Shown here piece after piece: positions 1-12,514 of a stretch of 64,000 nt of DNA. The stretch comes from Basidiobolus meristosporus CBS 931.73 (taxonomy: Eukaryota > Fungi > Basidiobolomycota): positions 5,947-69,946 of the forward strand of contig MCFE01000468.1 of NCBI GenBank assembly GCA_002104905.1, given 5' to 3'. Under the pieces are notes generated by a model. It searched no databases. It worked only from the letters and a program-made list of their open reading frames with translations, and was not told the DNA's origin. The number at the start of each line of letters is the position of its first letter. Position 1 is the stretch's first letter. Position numbers and translations under genes: made by a program.

Positions 1-668
1 TCCACTATCCGGAGCAGTTCTGGGTGCGCCTGGCTTTGGCCAAGTAAAGCTGGCCTTCATGCCGGGGCTCATGGCTTTCCACACAGCCAACCTTTCCTTT
101 TCCCAGTCGAAGCCCCCAGAGAAGTTCTGAAAATGTGCATCCAACTCAGGATATGCTCGACAAAGCTCGTGGTTGCTTGACGGGATGATGTATGCTTTTC
201 CGGAGAACCGGAATTGTTCGTTGGTCTCAGGCAACCACCTGAAATGATCCTGTTTAGTCTGAGCTCACCAACAACATTTAGGTCAGGCCTTCTTTACCAG
301 CATACTTCGCACCAAGGATTGGCCATGATTTCCTGTACTTTGGTGGACTCTATATGCGTAGTGAACTGTAATAAGTCTGAAGTAGCATTCGGAGCAAGAT
401 CGTCTGAACTGGCTTCTCCGGAGAAGCCGCGAAAAACTACTGTACGAACTGTAGGCCTTCCGGCGGCGGATATAGTGGCCAGTTGGGTGAAGACTGGATG
501 TTGTTAATTGCAAGCATAAAAGGGTGGCAATATGACCTGGTTTTGAGTACGAGCGGGCGAGGCCCTGACTTAAAATCAGCTCTACATGGCCTTACCTGCA
601 TCTTTATGCTTTTTAAGATTGCTCTCCAAAGTTTTTTGGAGAACTGCTTTCCAAGGGGCGTGCGTCAT
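1..668 (-). CDS. Pyridoxamine 5'-phosphate oxidase-like FMN-binding protein (Alr4036 type), runs off the window start; 2 introns seen
   Basis: Manual splicing (GT-AG introns ~595-494 and 297-239) gives MTHAPWKAVLQKTLESNLKKHKDAVFTQLATISAAGRPTVRTVVFRGF...STKVQEIMANPWCEVCWWLPETNEQFRFSGKAYII...FDWEKERLAVWKAMSPGMKASFTWPKPG. The LAT..G.P.VRTVVFRGF and W.PET.EQFR motifs are typical of the family. Not in the ORF track because of the introns. Confidence 0.85.
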
Positions 669-2481
669 GAGGTTTGAAGATGCTTTCTGTAGTACTCTGC
701 TAGGAATTTCGGTTCTTTCCATATATACGGGAATATCACCTCGGTAGTAATGACGTCAGATTATTGGCCTACTCACCAACAAAATAACGTAGTTGGGTGG
801 TAATCTGCGGGCAACGCTGGCGATCGAGATCACGAGGCAGAACTTTCTGACAGTTGACTGGAATCAGATGGCTTCGAGCATCGAGTATTGTATTGGCAGC
901 ATTTTTAGACGTCGCTCCATGTCGCTCGCGCCGTGGAGGGTCGGTCAGAGTCACAGATCAATCTGATTATTCTGATTGTCTATAATTTCCGGTACAGATT
1001 ACTACAGAAAATGATGTTGAATGACCATCTCCGGAATCAGCCAACCAGACAGGGAAGGATGCACATTGCATTAGGAATAGGTGAGTTTCGCAACATCAGC
1101 TTACCATCGACCTACGCACAAACATAAGTGATACGGCAGACGGGTTGGTGGGTTTTCGTGACATCCAGCTATAAGGGCAAACTGGCGTGCCTTTGAGCAC
1201 CTCCCACAAGCACCGCCGGTGGAATCCTCTGTTGATGATAGAGTTAGGCATTGAAAAGAAGCGGGGTCTTACCTGCCTTGTTTATTTAGTGATTTTCATG
1301 AAGTTTCACAGAATAGTGTGGTTGCATAACAAGGTGGGAATTGAGATCATTCATATCGCCAGCAGGCTCTTGAGTAACCCTAGGAATTGCAAAATAACCG
1401 GATTCTCATCACAATCTGGAGTCCCTAGGTGCTTCTGTCTCATCATGGTCTGTATGTCTGTAGTCTGAGCCCTGAGGCCTCTACAGAGTGGTTACAAATG
1501 CCTATATAAACACCCAGAGTGCTCGTCGCAACACCGGAGGAGCAGAGGCGACGACGGCTTGGACTGATCTACATCACCTTACCACCGCTTTACTAGAAAC
1601 ACTGCTACCTCGTCCCAGCCGATGGATTGATATCGAAATGCTGTTGATGTAAAGATAGACGGAGGTCGTACAACTCAGTGGTTGATTGACATTGTTCTCA
1701 GGCTGATATCATCGGTCTGGCTGATGTTTCGGATCCTATCAGACTCCCGGGTTGTGATCACAACCCAAAGCCTGTGTTATCCAGTATTGTATATAGTAAA
1801 TGGTCCCATGGCCCATCTATCAGTACCGAAACCTAAACAACCCTGTATTCCGAGTTCATCTGTAAGGTGGCACGAACGTTCTCTTGGGAAATGTTTCACG
1901 AAGGATGATGAAGCGTGTAGACTCCCTCTGTTCAACCTACTGAACCCCATCACCTGATCTCTCGGGTAATTATGCCTTAAGCAGTCAACTTAGCAATCCA
2001 GCCTTCACCCAAGCTCTCACCGAACACACCTCCCATCCAAAGCCGAGCCCACCGGCTTGTGCACGAAAGCGACTGTTGGAGGCCTCCACGTAAATGGACA
2101 CATATAGATGGAGCAATAATTAATTAATCGACTTTACTGCTGGTTGAATCATATCTCTATGGATGCTACTACTCATGGATGAGCCATTCCCATTGCGAGT
2201 GATGGGGCTACGCAAGAGCAGTGAGCATGCCGACAATGCGGTTGGTGAGTAGATTGGCAAGGTGGGATGAGTAGGCCCAATGACCAATTGGTTGAAACTA
2301 TGTGCATGAAATTATTCGTTGGCAGAAGCCATATATAGATTTATCTCCGAGAGTCAACCAGGCCTTTACCAGAAACCGGCTCAGGATTCATCGATATTTT
2401 TCCGGTGGCTCTGATGGATTCGACTTGGACTCAGCGGGCATCGCATGTGTGGTGGCCAGGACCATCAATGGTGCCCTTGGT

Positions 2482-3621
2482 CTAGGTGGCCTCCTCCCCC
2501 TCTGGTGTCGACATTTTCACTCCCTGCCGCGCGTTGACTGTCACCTTAGGGCTGACGTAGCGACAGTTGGAGCGGTGTCGCTTCATGGCATCTAGCCGAC
2601 CAAAGCTTCGGTTGCACTTGCTACAGCGGTATGGCTTCAAATCCATGTGAGTCTTCAAATGCCGCCTCAGATCGTGGGCAGTGTTGAAGTACTTGTAGCA
2701 AAGATGGCACCGAAAAGGCCGCTCTGGGGAATGGATACGGTAATGGGAATTCAGGGTGTTCAGGGAAGTGAAGGATTTTTTACAATTTGGGTGTGTACAA
2801 GGGTATACCAGTTGACTATTATCTAGGAGTTTGGTGGGCGCGGTGAAGGTGACGTTGGAATACTCGGAATATTCTGGGATTGGGTTGGAGAGAATATATG
2901 GGGTGAACTCGGCTCCTCCTGTTTCCGTGGAGCTAGCGCAGCTCTCCTCGGAGTTGCTCAACACAGAGGTTGGGAACGGGGCTTCGTAGCTCCGAGGGGT
3001 TTCAAAGTCCCAGGGTAAGAAGTACGGATTCTCCGGGAGGGAGAGAGGCAGAGCCAAGGATTCGGACGCGCTGGTTGGGGAGACTAATGTGCTCATCTGG
3101 AGATTAAGTAGATTCAGACCTGTTGGTTGGGTGAAACTACCAGCGCTAGTGTCTTCGCCGAGTTCTACTGTGGAATTGAGGGCCTGCATCGGTACGGGGA
3201 CGGAAGGAATAAAGGTGCCGAAATCAGGAATGAGGGTCAATTGTACCCGTGGTGAAGGATCCAGGAAGTAATTTGAGCACTGAATGAAGGTCGGGCCTGA
3301 ATTGCATTCCGAGGAATCCAAAGCCTCGATCGCTTCGGGGAAATGACTCTGGAAAACTAGGTTGGTAGGAAAGTAGACTTGTGGAGTAGAAGACGTTGGG
3401 GCCAAGACGGAGTCGATGGGGAAGGTAGAGGCTGCTGGAGTTGCGGGGGTCGCCTCAGAGCCAGATGCAGGATACCCGTCAGATAGAGTGGTCAAGCCAT
3501 GAGGCGGTGAAGGGTAGTTTCTAAAATGAAAAGGCAAATATGTATCAAGCGAGCTCATATCAGGTCCAGTCATATCTATCAACCAGCAGCAATTTGAAAG
3601 ATGTCGGGATACTGGTAGCAT
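2482..3621 (-). CDS. C2H2 zinc-finger transcription factor (3 C-terminal fingers, S/P/T-rich N-terminus)
   Basis: 379-aa ORF with YPCTHPNCKKSF..LNSHYRIH, FRCHLCYKYF..DLRRHLKTH and YRCSKCNRSFGRLDAMKRH, joined by SPERPF and DLKPY linkers. Confidence 0.9.
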   Translation of the reverse strand: MLPVSRHLSNCCWLIDMTGPDMSSLDTYLPFHFRNYPSPPHGLTTLSDGYPASGSEATPATPAASTFPIDSVLAPTSSTPQVYFPTNLVFQSHFPEAIEALDSSECNSGPTFIQCSNYFLDPSPRVQLTLIPDFGTFIPSVPVPMQALNSTVELGEDTSAGSFTQPTGLNLLNLQMSTLVSPTSASESLALPLSLPENPYFLPWDFETPRSYEAPFPTSVLSNSEESCASSTETGGAEFTPYILSNPIPEYSEYSNVTFTAPTKLLDNSQLVYPCTHPNCKKSFTSLNTLNSHYRIHSPERPFRCHLCYKYFNTAHDLRRHLKTHMDLKPYRCSKCNRSFGRLDAMKRHRSNCRYVSPKVTVNARQGVKMSTPEGEEAT

Positions 3622-5136
3622 CTTTATATGAGATTATATATCCTGCTCTAATTCCCCCCCCCAATGTTACACTGGAGGATTATCCAAGCCAGCTGGAGTG
3701 ACCTAAACATACGGCCCGTGCCATAACCAAGATAATCAAACAATTTGCAACCTTACCAGATGGATGCCGGATAAAATGGAAATGATCTCGAAACCGCTGC
3801 TGCAATCACTCTCCAATCCGGTCCACGAATATTTAAGCTACGGAAACCTGAATCCAATCAGTCATCGGGTATGAGTAGACCGGTGATAACCCACAACAGC
3901 ACTCTCAAGGGACTTGGAAGATTCTCTCTCAGCCGAGTGTCTTAATTCCATGACGAATGTAAGGAATCATTACGCAATTAGCACCTATGGTCAGAACACT
4001 TGATTGAGCTATTGAATTTGCTGCACGTAACACTAAATTTTCCTGATTCCCTGTTTCGTAAATCCTCCTGGACTCCTAGCACTGGAGTGCTGGAGATTCG
4101 CGACTTGTTCCATGGTGCTTATAGCAAATCCTAGGTCACAAAGTAGGCATTAACAGCAGGCGTCCTGAAAGCTTGTACGTAGTAAGTGCCCTTCAGTCTT
4201 TACCTTATGCAGATTAGTCGGTGGATTGCCATCCCCGAGCGGGTAGTGGGTCGCTCACTAGAGCGCAACTTCCCACCGATGTTAAGCGCTCAATGTTTCA
4301 CGTGACAGTTACTCCGTCCATGGCAACGCTAGATGTGCTGCTCACTCAAACAATCTCGTTCAATAAGACTTGTTGGGGTTAGTATTGACTTACCCCACTG
4401 TCGAGTGCCTATCTGCGTGATCCCCGTTCTCTTCCCAACCAGCACCACATAGGACACCTACTCTTTCCCTGCGCCATTGTTCATCTTACACACATTCAAT
4501 GGCATTGTGGGTTGGGCTCAAAGCACCACCATCACTAGCTCAAGTCACCCTGGATGGTCTTGCGCTAAATCCCAAGCTTATCGATTCTTCATCTCGAGCG
4601 AGGCTCGCTGCTGAACAACTTCGTGAGCTTTGCTTAGCGCTACGGTGCATACCGGACTCTTCATATGGCACAATGATTATAAATTACACGACCATCTTCT
4701 TGGTTTGTACCACCTGCCTATCCAATCAATTGAAGCACTGATATGGGATCTCAGTCATTCTACAATAGATGAACTCGGTCGCATACCCACCCCGATTGGC
4801 CGTTTCCATTTATTTTAGGATAATTGGCTGGCCGGAATTGATCCCGCATCCTGACGAATTAGTACCGAACAGTAATGTTTGGAATCACGCCATTCACAAG
4901 CGTCTAAATATAATACGCGATGTGCCCAGGGTTGTGTCAAATCATATCGGCATCCATTCTCAGTGTTAATTAATGTGATAAGCTTTGTTGATGGATAGAA
5001 AACGGGCGATGGGCGAGTCATGTGACGCGACTGTTGACTCTAAATTGTGCAGCTATGTATCAAGAGAAGAACCAACCACCTGTTTTCCATAAATATCGAT
5101 AGCTTTAAAGGAACATCTAGAACTCTCAAGCTCCAG

Positions 5137-5871
5137 ATGATGGGATATTCATCTGAAATAGTGCTAAATGTTGGAGGGCAGTACTTCACCACCTCGTTAC
5201 CTACGCTACGCTCCGTTCCAGATTCTATGCTATGCACCATGTTTTCTCCGGAGTGGTATGCGCTCTTCAAAAAGCAAAAGAGACAAAGTTTCGCCGAATG
5301 CAACGAAAGCAGCGACTCTCGGCTGGCTAAAGAGATTCCATTTATAGATCGAGACCCGGGTCTATTTCGTACCATATTACACTATCTTCGAACGCGACAG
5401 CTTCGACTGGAACTGGCGACCCCTACAGAGGATAAAATAACCACCATCGGGGCTCTCCGCGATGAGGCTCGCTTTTTTGGGCTACAGGAGCTAGAGCTGG
5501 AGCTTGAGAAGAGGAGGAAGAGCGTTTGGTACGTGTCCTCGAAAACCACCAAAGTCGTTTTAGCGATAGTGATAAGGGGTTCTGACCGCGCCTTCCATTT
5601 CAATAAGGAGCTGGTACAGTTCTTGCCGCTGTCCCAACAAACCCCGACCATGAGCAAGTTGTCCACAGGTGACTTTTCGCTCGAGGGATTTGTAGGCTTT
5701 CAGAATCACGACCAACTGGCACACGAGTTGTTTCGGTTTCGAGAAGATTCAAAACAGGTGGTTCATAAGATCCTCCAGCTGAAGGAGAGTGAGGGGTTTG
5801 GTCTGGCCGGAATTGGGGTATCGAAGATCTCACCCAGTGAAAAGTTTTGGGTTCTTCTCAAGCGACCGTAG
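5137..5871 (+). CDS. BTB/POZ (KCTD/potassium-channel tetramerisation type) domain protein
   Basis: Motifs IVLNVGGQYFTTSLPTL..VPDSML..MFS, FIDRDPGLFRTILHYLRT and LRDEARFFGL. First ATG is at 5137; the ORF track starts at a GTG at 5047. Confidence 0.85.
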   Translation: MMGYSSEIVLNVGGQYFTTSLPTLRSVPDSMLCTMFSPEWYALFKKQKRQSFAECNESSDSRLAKEIPFIDRDPGLFRTILHYLRTRQLRLELATPTEDKITTIGALRDEARFFGLQELELELEKRRKSVWYVSSKTTKVVLAIVIRGSDRAFHFNKELVQFLPLSQQTPTMSKLSTGDFSLEGFVGFQNHDQLAHELFRFREDSKQVVHKILQLKESEGFGLAGIGVSKISPSEKFWVLLKRP

Positions 5872-6451
5872 GAAAGCGGTTGAGCTATCGTAGTGCCGAC
5901 AGCTACGAACAGAAGGCACCAAACCAGAGCATACATAGAAATACATCATGATTTGAATGTGCAGACATGAAACTCTTCCATCATATTCATTAAAGGATTC
6001 ACCTCAACCGGAATTCCATCAGAATTTCCCATAGAAACGGGGTTGTTTTGAAACCATGGGTATTCTCGACAGGGTAAATGAACGGAACGCTCATCGAGGG
6101 TTTGTGTGCCAGGTACGCACATGATTTGTGAAGAATCCCTCTAGATCAAACAAACCAAGTAGTCAACGAGAAACCCACTATTTCAACGGACCCGTGTAAC
6201 GTTTGATAAGGGACCCGCCAATACCGGAGTCTGCAACGGTATGGTTTCTTGAATGATTTAAAGTAATTCTGGCTGAATTTGGCTCGCACAGATCTGAATC
6301 TTAAATATGCCGAATTTGCCGTCTTTTCCATTTGGGGTAAATAAGTTCACTATTGGAGTCATGGTTGATTTTTTTTTTAGCGCCGTGACCTGACAAAAAC
6401 CTTCTCGGCCTTCCCTCCACACGCTAAGGCTCCCGCTTCCTGTCAGTGTCA

Positions 6452-7915
6452 ATGGGTGCTTCGAACGTGGTGACTACCGCAAGTCCTTTCATGGTATGGC
6501 TGAAGAACTATTTCCCCAAGTACTCCGTTGTCAAAGGGGGTCAGATTGGCCCGGACGAACGCCCACCTTGGGGTGAGCTCATTCTGCTGGGACTGCAGCA
6601 TGTGCTGGCTATGTTCGGGAGCACTGTCTTTGCTCCTTTGGTATGTGGCTTCGACTCGAACACTGCTATCTTTTGTTCAGGAATTGGAACCATTCTTTTC
6701 TTCATTATCACTGGCGGCCGGGTTCCTTCGTACCTTGGGAGCTCGTTTGCCTTCATCGGAACCATCACTACCGCTACTGGATACAAATACGCCCCAGGCG
6801 CTGGACTGAATGAAAATATCCCTATTGCCCAAGGAGGAATCATCGTTGCTGGTGCAGTTTATGCTGCCATCGCCATCGTTGTGCTATTGATAGGGTACAA
6901 GTGGGTTGAGTTTTTGATGCCTCCTGTGGTGACCGGGGCCGTGGTGATGGCGATTGGTTTGAACTTGGCCGGCACTGCCGTTGGCCAGGCTGCAGCCAAC
7001 TCGTTTGACGCTTGGATGGCGTTCACTACTGTGCTTGCTGTGGCATTCTTCTCTGTATATGGGCCTGGCTTCACCCGACGAGTCCCTATTCTGCTGGGTG
7101 CCATCGTTGGCTATGTGATCAATTTGATCTGTGGCTATGCTGGTGCTGGTCCGAAGATTGACTACAGCGGAGTTGGTAATGCGAAGTGGATAGGTGTGCC
7201 TCTGTTCCACACGCCGAAGTTTGAGGCACATGCCATTAGTCTCATCACCCCCGTAGTCATCATTCTTGTCGCCGAGAACATCGGTCACATTAAAGCGGTA
7301 ACATCAATGACCGGGCGAAACATCGACCAGTACATCGGTAAAGCGTTCATGGGAGATGCACTTGCCACCATCCTTGCTGGCAGTCTGGGGTCCCTTGGGG
7401 TCACCACCTACGCGGAAAACATCGGCGTGATGGCAGTCACCAAGATCTTCTCCACCCTGGTGTTTATCACTGCGGCTTTTGTTGCAGTGATTATTGGGTT
7501 CCTCCCCAAATTCGGTGCCATCATCAACACCATCCCTTCCGGTGTTTTTGGTGGATTGAGCATCGTACTGTTTGGCCTCATCGCGGTGAGCGGTGGCCGT
7601 ATCTGGATTGAAAACAAAATCGACTTCACCAACCCACGCAACCTGCTTACGGCGGGAATAGCGGTTCTGCTAGGCACCGGAATGACCGGCGATCTCAAGG
7701 TGACATTTGGCCCCATTGCCTTCGATGGGATCGGCGTGTCTACCATCGCAGCAGTCATTCTTTATCAAATCCTGCGCGGCTACCCCAACAAGCAGCCCGC
7801 TTCCAACGAGGGAACCGGCGGCAGGATGACCCCGGAGAAATGTGAGGAAAGCGCCGACTACGAGCTGTACGATCTCCACCAAGATATCCCCGTTAAACGG
7901 TTTCGATTAGATTAA
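6452..7915 (+). CDS. rutG: NCS2/NAT nucleobase:cation symporter, RutG/UraA-like (uracil/pyrimidine permease)
   Basis: Uninterrupted ~487-aa hydrophobic ORF with GLQHVLAMFG, ITGGRVPSYLGSSFAF, MPPVVTGAVVMAIGLNLA, VILVAENIGHIKAV and the NAT signature TTYAENIGVMAVTK. These match E. coli RutG as I recall it. ATG at 6452. Confidence 0.93.
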   Translation: MGASNVVTTASPFMVWLKNYFPKYSVVKGGQIGPDERPPWGELILLGLQHVLAMFGSTVFAPLVCGFDSNTAIFCSGIGTILFFIITGGRVPSYLGSSFAFIGTITTATGYKYAPGAGLNENIPIAQGGIIVAGAVYAAIAIVVLLIGYKWVEFLMPPVVTGAVVMAIGLNLAGTAVGQAAANSFDAWMAFTTVLAVAFFSVYGPGFTRRVPILLGAIVGYVINLICGYAGAGPKIDYSGVGNAKWIGVPLFHTPKFEAHAISLITPVVIILVAENIGHIKAVTSMTGRNIDQYIGKAFMGDALATILAGSLGSLGVTTYAENIGVMAVTKIFSTLVFITAAFVAVIIGFLPKFGAIINTIPSGVFGGLSIVLFGLIAVSGGRIWIENKIDFTNPRNLLTAGIAVLLGTGMTGDLKVTFGPIAFDGIGVSTIAAVILYQILRGYPNKQPASNEGTGGRMTPEKCEESADYELYDLHQDIPVKRFRLD

Positions 7916-9008
7916 GTAGCCAACATGTGGATGCTTGCCCTATCTTGAACACAGCAGCGGAATATACGGGTTCGTGTTGTAATTACTAATGCTCTGCGTT
8001 GATCTCAAAATGGGCCTGTGCTTCATACATGTCCAACCCTGAACCCCCACGCCTTAAGATTGTATTGAGATTTCTAATAAATGCCTGTCTTTTCCGAGAA
8101 GCCATCAGTATATACATGTGGGGTCAATCATGTTGCTGGTTAGCGGGCTAGAGCACGATTTGGGGTTATGCGAACTGGCGCCAACGACGCTTGGCTGACA
8201 AGTGCCTTTCGGTATGGGTGCCCACCGCACTTGAAACCAACAGCCAGGATCGATCCTTTGTCCATAGGAGTAAGGATGCCAGCTGCTGATCGTACAACGA
8301 TATCGGAGCAATTTGGGAACGGGGCAATGTCACCAGTTGAGACCAACGTTGACCTCTGCTGAGCTGGGCAGGTGGCTGCGGCAAGAAAAGGAAGAGGCAT
8401 GCATCAATGCCCTATGGAATACTTTCACACAAGTAGTCTTCAACAGCACTGTAACAGTTATTTACGTTGCCGAATTGGGAATTTAGTTGCCAGCCTATTC
8501 CAAGATGTATCTACTGCAGTACGCCACTCTCACTGATAGTGTATCGACCGCGTGCTGCTTGAAATCCCTTTACAATAGATGTGATGGCAATCAATGGCTA
8601 GCGTAATGACAGGCTGTTTGTTGCTGAGATGATGGTCAAAACGGTCGAGACAATTCACCTCATCCGCTTGATTGCAACTGAATCGGTTTTCGGTTCGCTG
8701 ACGGCTTTTTCATATCGATAAGAAAGTTAGTCACTGTAATTGCGATATCGGGGATAATCAATGGGATGAATGGCTACCTGGATCCACCAATTTTGGTTCC
8801 AACTATTGCCAAGATCCGGTCGCCGCAGTTGGTGGGTAGCCAGTTTTTAATTCGAATGCATCATATTTACTCTGTTTATATTGCTTCATCGATTTCTATA
8901 TATAAGTATTAGGCGCGATTTCTTTGTTTACCTTCATCATTTGATGATATTGTAATATCGCACCAAGAATTCTGACAAAGCGGGTTGTTCCAAGTCCATT
9001 CCACTACG

Positions 9009-9891
9009 ATGTATCTTCTGGCGAAGCTCCTTTGGTTGGTAGTTACTATGCGTATGCATCCCTTCTTCCTGGCTAACCTGCCTATTTTAGCCTGTCCCTT
9101 GGTCTATATCGTTCCTACAAAGCTATAAAATCGAGGAAAAAGACTCTTCTAACTCAATGGGTCAGCTTTTGGATCGTAATGGTCGCCTACTATGTTGTCG
9201 AAGCAGTGGCCGATTTGGTTGTAGGTTGGTGGTAAGTGTCGCTCCGAACATTGCATCCGATTTGCCGAAGCCTAACCTTTCTTAGGCTTCCGTTGTATAG
9301 CACCTTCAAATTGATTCTTGTTGGGTACTTCCTGTTTACTCAACCCTGGGTATCTTGTCTACTTCACGATGTCCGCACTCCAACTCCCACTTACATTTCT
9401 TGATTTAGGGAACGGAGGCTTTGTATAAACAACATATCCGGCCTTTCTTAAAGTACTACAAAAAGGACATAGAAAATGTCAAACAAAATGTACGCCACAT
9501 ATAGCATCTCAGAAAGCACCCGCATAGCTAACTTCTATTGGATAGTATACAACGTACCTCGTTCGGATGTCCAAGGAATCTATCAAGCTGGCCATGTTCC
9601 TGGCTAATTTATGCCTGACTGTTGCCCTTTATCTGGTAAGGCTTTTCCAGGATACCCAGCCAGTGTGCCACCCTATTCACTGCCATTTCCCAACGCCTAT
9701 AGAAGGATCTGATTTATCGAAAATTGGTCACGTTCATCACCTGGCAGCGTTACAGGTATAACGAGAAAGAATCCAGCCGTCATCAAGATTTTCGCTATCC
9801 GACATTTCAAACCACACCCTCCAAGGCCATCCAAAGGTCACCTAGAAGTAGAGTGCCAAGACCCAAGGTTGAGTCCACTGATAGTAGCTAG
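9009..9891 (+). CDS. TB2/DP1/HVA22 (REEP/Yop1-family) membrane protein, 6 exons
   Basis: Five GT-AG introns spliced by eye give MYLLAKLLCLSLGLYRSYKAIKSRKKTLLTQWVSFWIVMVAYYVVEAVADLVVGWWLPLYSTFKLILVGYFLFTQPWGTEALYKQHIRPFL..., the family pattern Y.SYKA...QW..FW......E...D....W.P.Y...K......G...LY....PFL. Stop TAG at 9889-9891. Confidence 0.85.
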
Positions 9892-11474
9892 CAGTGGGCG
9901 GTCACAACCGGTGAGGGCTTGCACTTGACCTGCTAATTGTCGCAAAACATCTCTTCGCAATGGCAGGGAACGAGCTCCATTCGTATAATGTGTTTCATTA
10001 CTATCAGTTACAGTCTGTTGCATCTCCCGACTTCCTTGCTAACCGTACCCCGACTTTCATCACATATCCCACTGAAGCCTGTAAACTTAGATAAACAAAG
10101 ACCAATATGCCGATATGTATGCACCACGGCCCAATGTAAATCCCGCCGCCAAAAATGACTAAATTGTAAACCGCCCTGTGAGTCACTGGAAATCACATCA
10201 AGTCGAGAATATGTGGTTAATAAACGTTCTAAGAAATCGCTGATGTCGATCTTTGCCGAGAAATGGCTAAATACAAAGAGACAGGGAAAGATCTGAAACC
10301 GCCCAAATTGGAAAGGAGAACGGTTGGAACGGATGGAGCGAGTGCACGGGTGAGGTGACTGAGGCATTTCAGCACAGCCACCAAGTATAGAAGCATCACC
10401 TCTCCGCCTTTCCACCGTTCTAATTGCCTGTCTCTAGTCACAAGCTTACTGAAACGTGCACTTGATGTCGGGTAGCCAGTGGGCATGGCTGCAGAGGCTT
10501 CTTCATGAACCACTTGACGAAAGCCGGTTGGTCCGTAACTGGGAAAGATAACCTGTCAGGCGCATATAGAACGTGCTTGGTGGGTGAACTACAGGCTTGG
10601 GCACTATCGAAGGTTGCGATTTCTCAAGAATCTTGAGAAGGGCCATGGAATGAAACATGGATATATATTTTGGCTGCTTAGCACACAGCAATTTCCGGTA
10701 TCTGAATGCAATTCGTGCGTCAGACCAGTGGCAATCATCAGATGTTCCTAATGCCTTTGATAACCGTCGCGTGACTCCTTGTAGCCCCATTCAGCGTTGT
10801 TGCCCACTATAGCCTACCAGATGACTATCTAGACCTTGCCAAATGCAGCAGCATCCTCAGCGCAACACCGCTAGTGTAACAAGCCCATGGCGAAAAGCAG
10901 GCTTCCAGCAGCCATCTCAATCACGGATTCACCACGGGCTCCATGTACCCATCCGTAATATATATACACACGCAGCCATGGGCTCAACTTCAATGCTTGT
11001 TACTGAGGGATCGTTGCACAAATAAAATGACCATCGAAACATTTGCTCCCCATTGGACCTGACTGGCTGAGACCTTGATAAATAAATCCCTCCTATTCCT
11101 CAGGAATCGCTGGGATTTCGAGGAATGCTGTGGCCGAAATGGCCATTTGCAGAGCAAGAGACAGAGGGATGGTGAGGTCGGACTAGATGGTTGATGCAAG
11201 ACCGAGCTTGCGAGCACACAATGATTGGAAACCCGACGGAGATGCTTCCCATCTCAGGCATTTCGGTCCAGGTTCCACCAAGTATTCACGAGATTTTGTG
11301 CACCTGACGTTGACTGAGAGTGAATCCCGCAATTCCAAACAGGAACTTCCACGGTGGCTTTGATGGCTCCAAGTTGCTTTAAAAGTGGTCCTTTCGCCCA
11401 GTACGGAGTGCAGTATATATTACTCGATCCTTCTCCCCGCCTTTCTCTCTACCCACACCCACTCCCCAAATAAG

Positions 11475-11693
11475 ATGGACTTGGACTGGTGTACCGTATG
11501 CGGTAAACACGTCGAGGTGGTAGGACATCTTTACTGTTCCCCCGACTGCCGCCAGCGAGATTTGAATTTAACCTACCTCATAACCCACCCCAGCCCCTCC
11601 GTAAAACTCTATAGAAAAAAGCCCCACGGATTCACCACACCGACCATCAAGCCCTGCCAGGGCCAGAACTCGCGAATCGGCCTTGCTTGTTAG
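11475..11693 (+). CDS. Ecl1-like small zinc-binding protein
   Basis: MDLDWCTVCGKHVEVVGHLYCSPDCRQRD matches the Ecl1 family CxxC..LYCSxxC..D motif; ATG at 11475. Confidence 0.7.
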   Translation: MDLDWCTVCGKHVEVVGHLYCSPDCRQRDLNLTYLITHPSPSVKLYRKKPHGFTTPTIKPCQGQNSRIGLAC

Positions 11694-12514
11694 CTTCTGT
11701 CCCAGATGCCTGATCCCCTCTCCACGCACCGGCTTTCATTCGTGCGCCCCCGGGCTCGACTGACGGCTTGGTGGCGTGGGGTCGCTTCCTGGCTTAATAT
11801 GTATTCTTCTGCTGTGTATATACATCCCGCGGCGTCTCTTCGCCTCTCACCTCTCAAGCGAGTTAGCCATGATCCTTTTTACCAAATAAACCTCGTAAGA
11901 ACAGTATTCTGACTTTGCGAAAGATCCCTTAGGGCGGGCGGCGCGCATGGGTCAAATCCCCCTGCCCGCCAATGGTGACCATGAGTAGCACACACCGCCT
12001 CGCCATCTTCTTGGCAGGCAGTCTCCCGCCATGTGTGGGCCAAGCCCACTGAATCCACCCCGTTGAATCATCCCTGAGCGCCAGGGCCCAATGAGACGTC
12101 TGTCTTGCTCGCATGCAGGCGATGGCTCGATGGATGGTTGGCTCCTCTTTGGACTATGACCACCACCGAAATACCGATTCGAAAGATCGCCCATCCGTTT
12201 GATGGAGTGGTTACCGTGGACAGAAGTCCATCTATGGTTTAGATCTTTGCTCCATGGCCGTCATGGGCCCAGTAGAGTTACGTACCCGTCATCCGGCCAC
12301 ATCACTCTGACCCCCTTCGCCCAGATATGAATTGTCACCCGTTCGAGGCATCTGATTTGCAGGGTCGGGCTGACGATTTGGTGAATCATGTCACGAGCCA
12401 GACGAATGGATACCACCCGTCCTCCTTGGCTTGGTGTCGTAGAGGGAGGGGAATTTCGCACATAAAGCCGTGGGATGCGGGAGCGAGGGACCAGCATAAA
12501 CAAGAACCCTCCCC

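Noticed and set aside
1749-1766. Perfect 18-bp palindrome GGGTTGTGATCACAACCC
   Set aside because: Chance expectation in 64 kb is about 0.2 (64000/4^9); single occurrence with no supporting context.
1905-1957. C/D-box snoRNA-like ATGATGA...CTGA
   Set aside because: Only 53 nt from box C to box D, no room for a C' box, weak terminal stem, and I could not confidently match an rRNA guide.
4499-5021. Short ORFs upstream of the BTB gene
   Set aside because: No recognisable motif or consistent splice model.
6528-7882. Several overlapping or antisense ORFs within the permease
   Set aside because: Shadow ORFs of a GC-rich coding region with no motifs.
9900-11300. ORFs of 60-135 aa on both strands
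   Set aside because: No domain signal or convincing exon structure; treated as intergenic.
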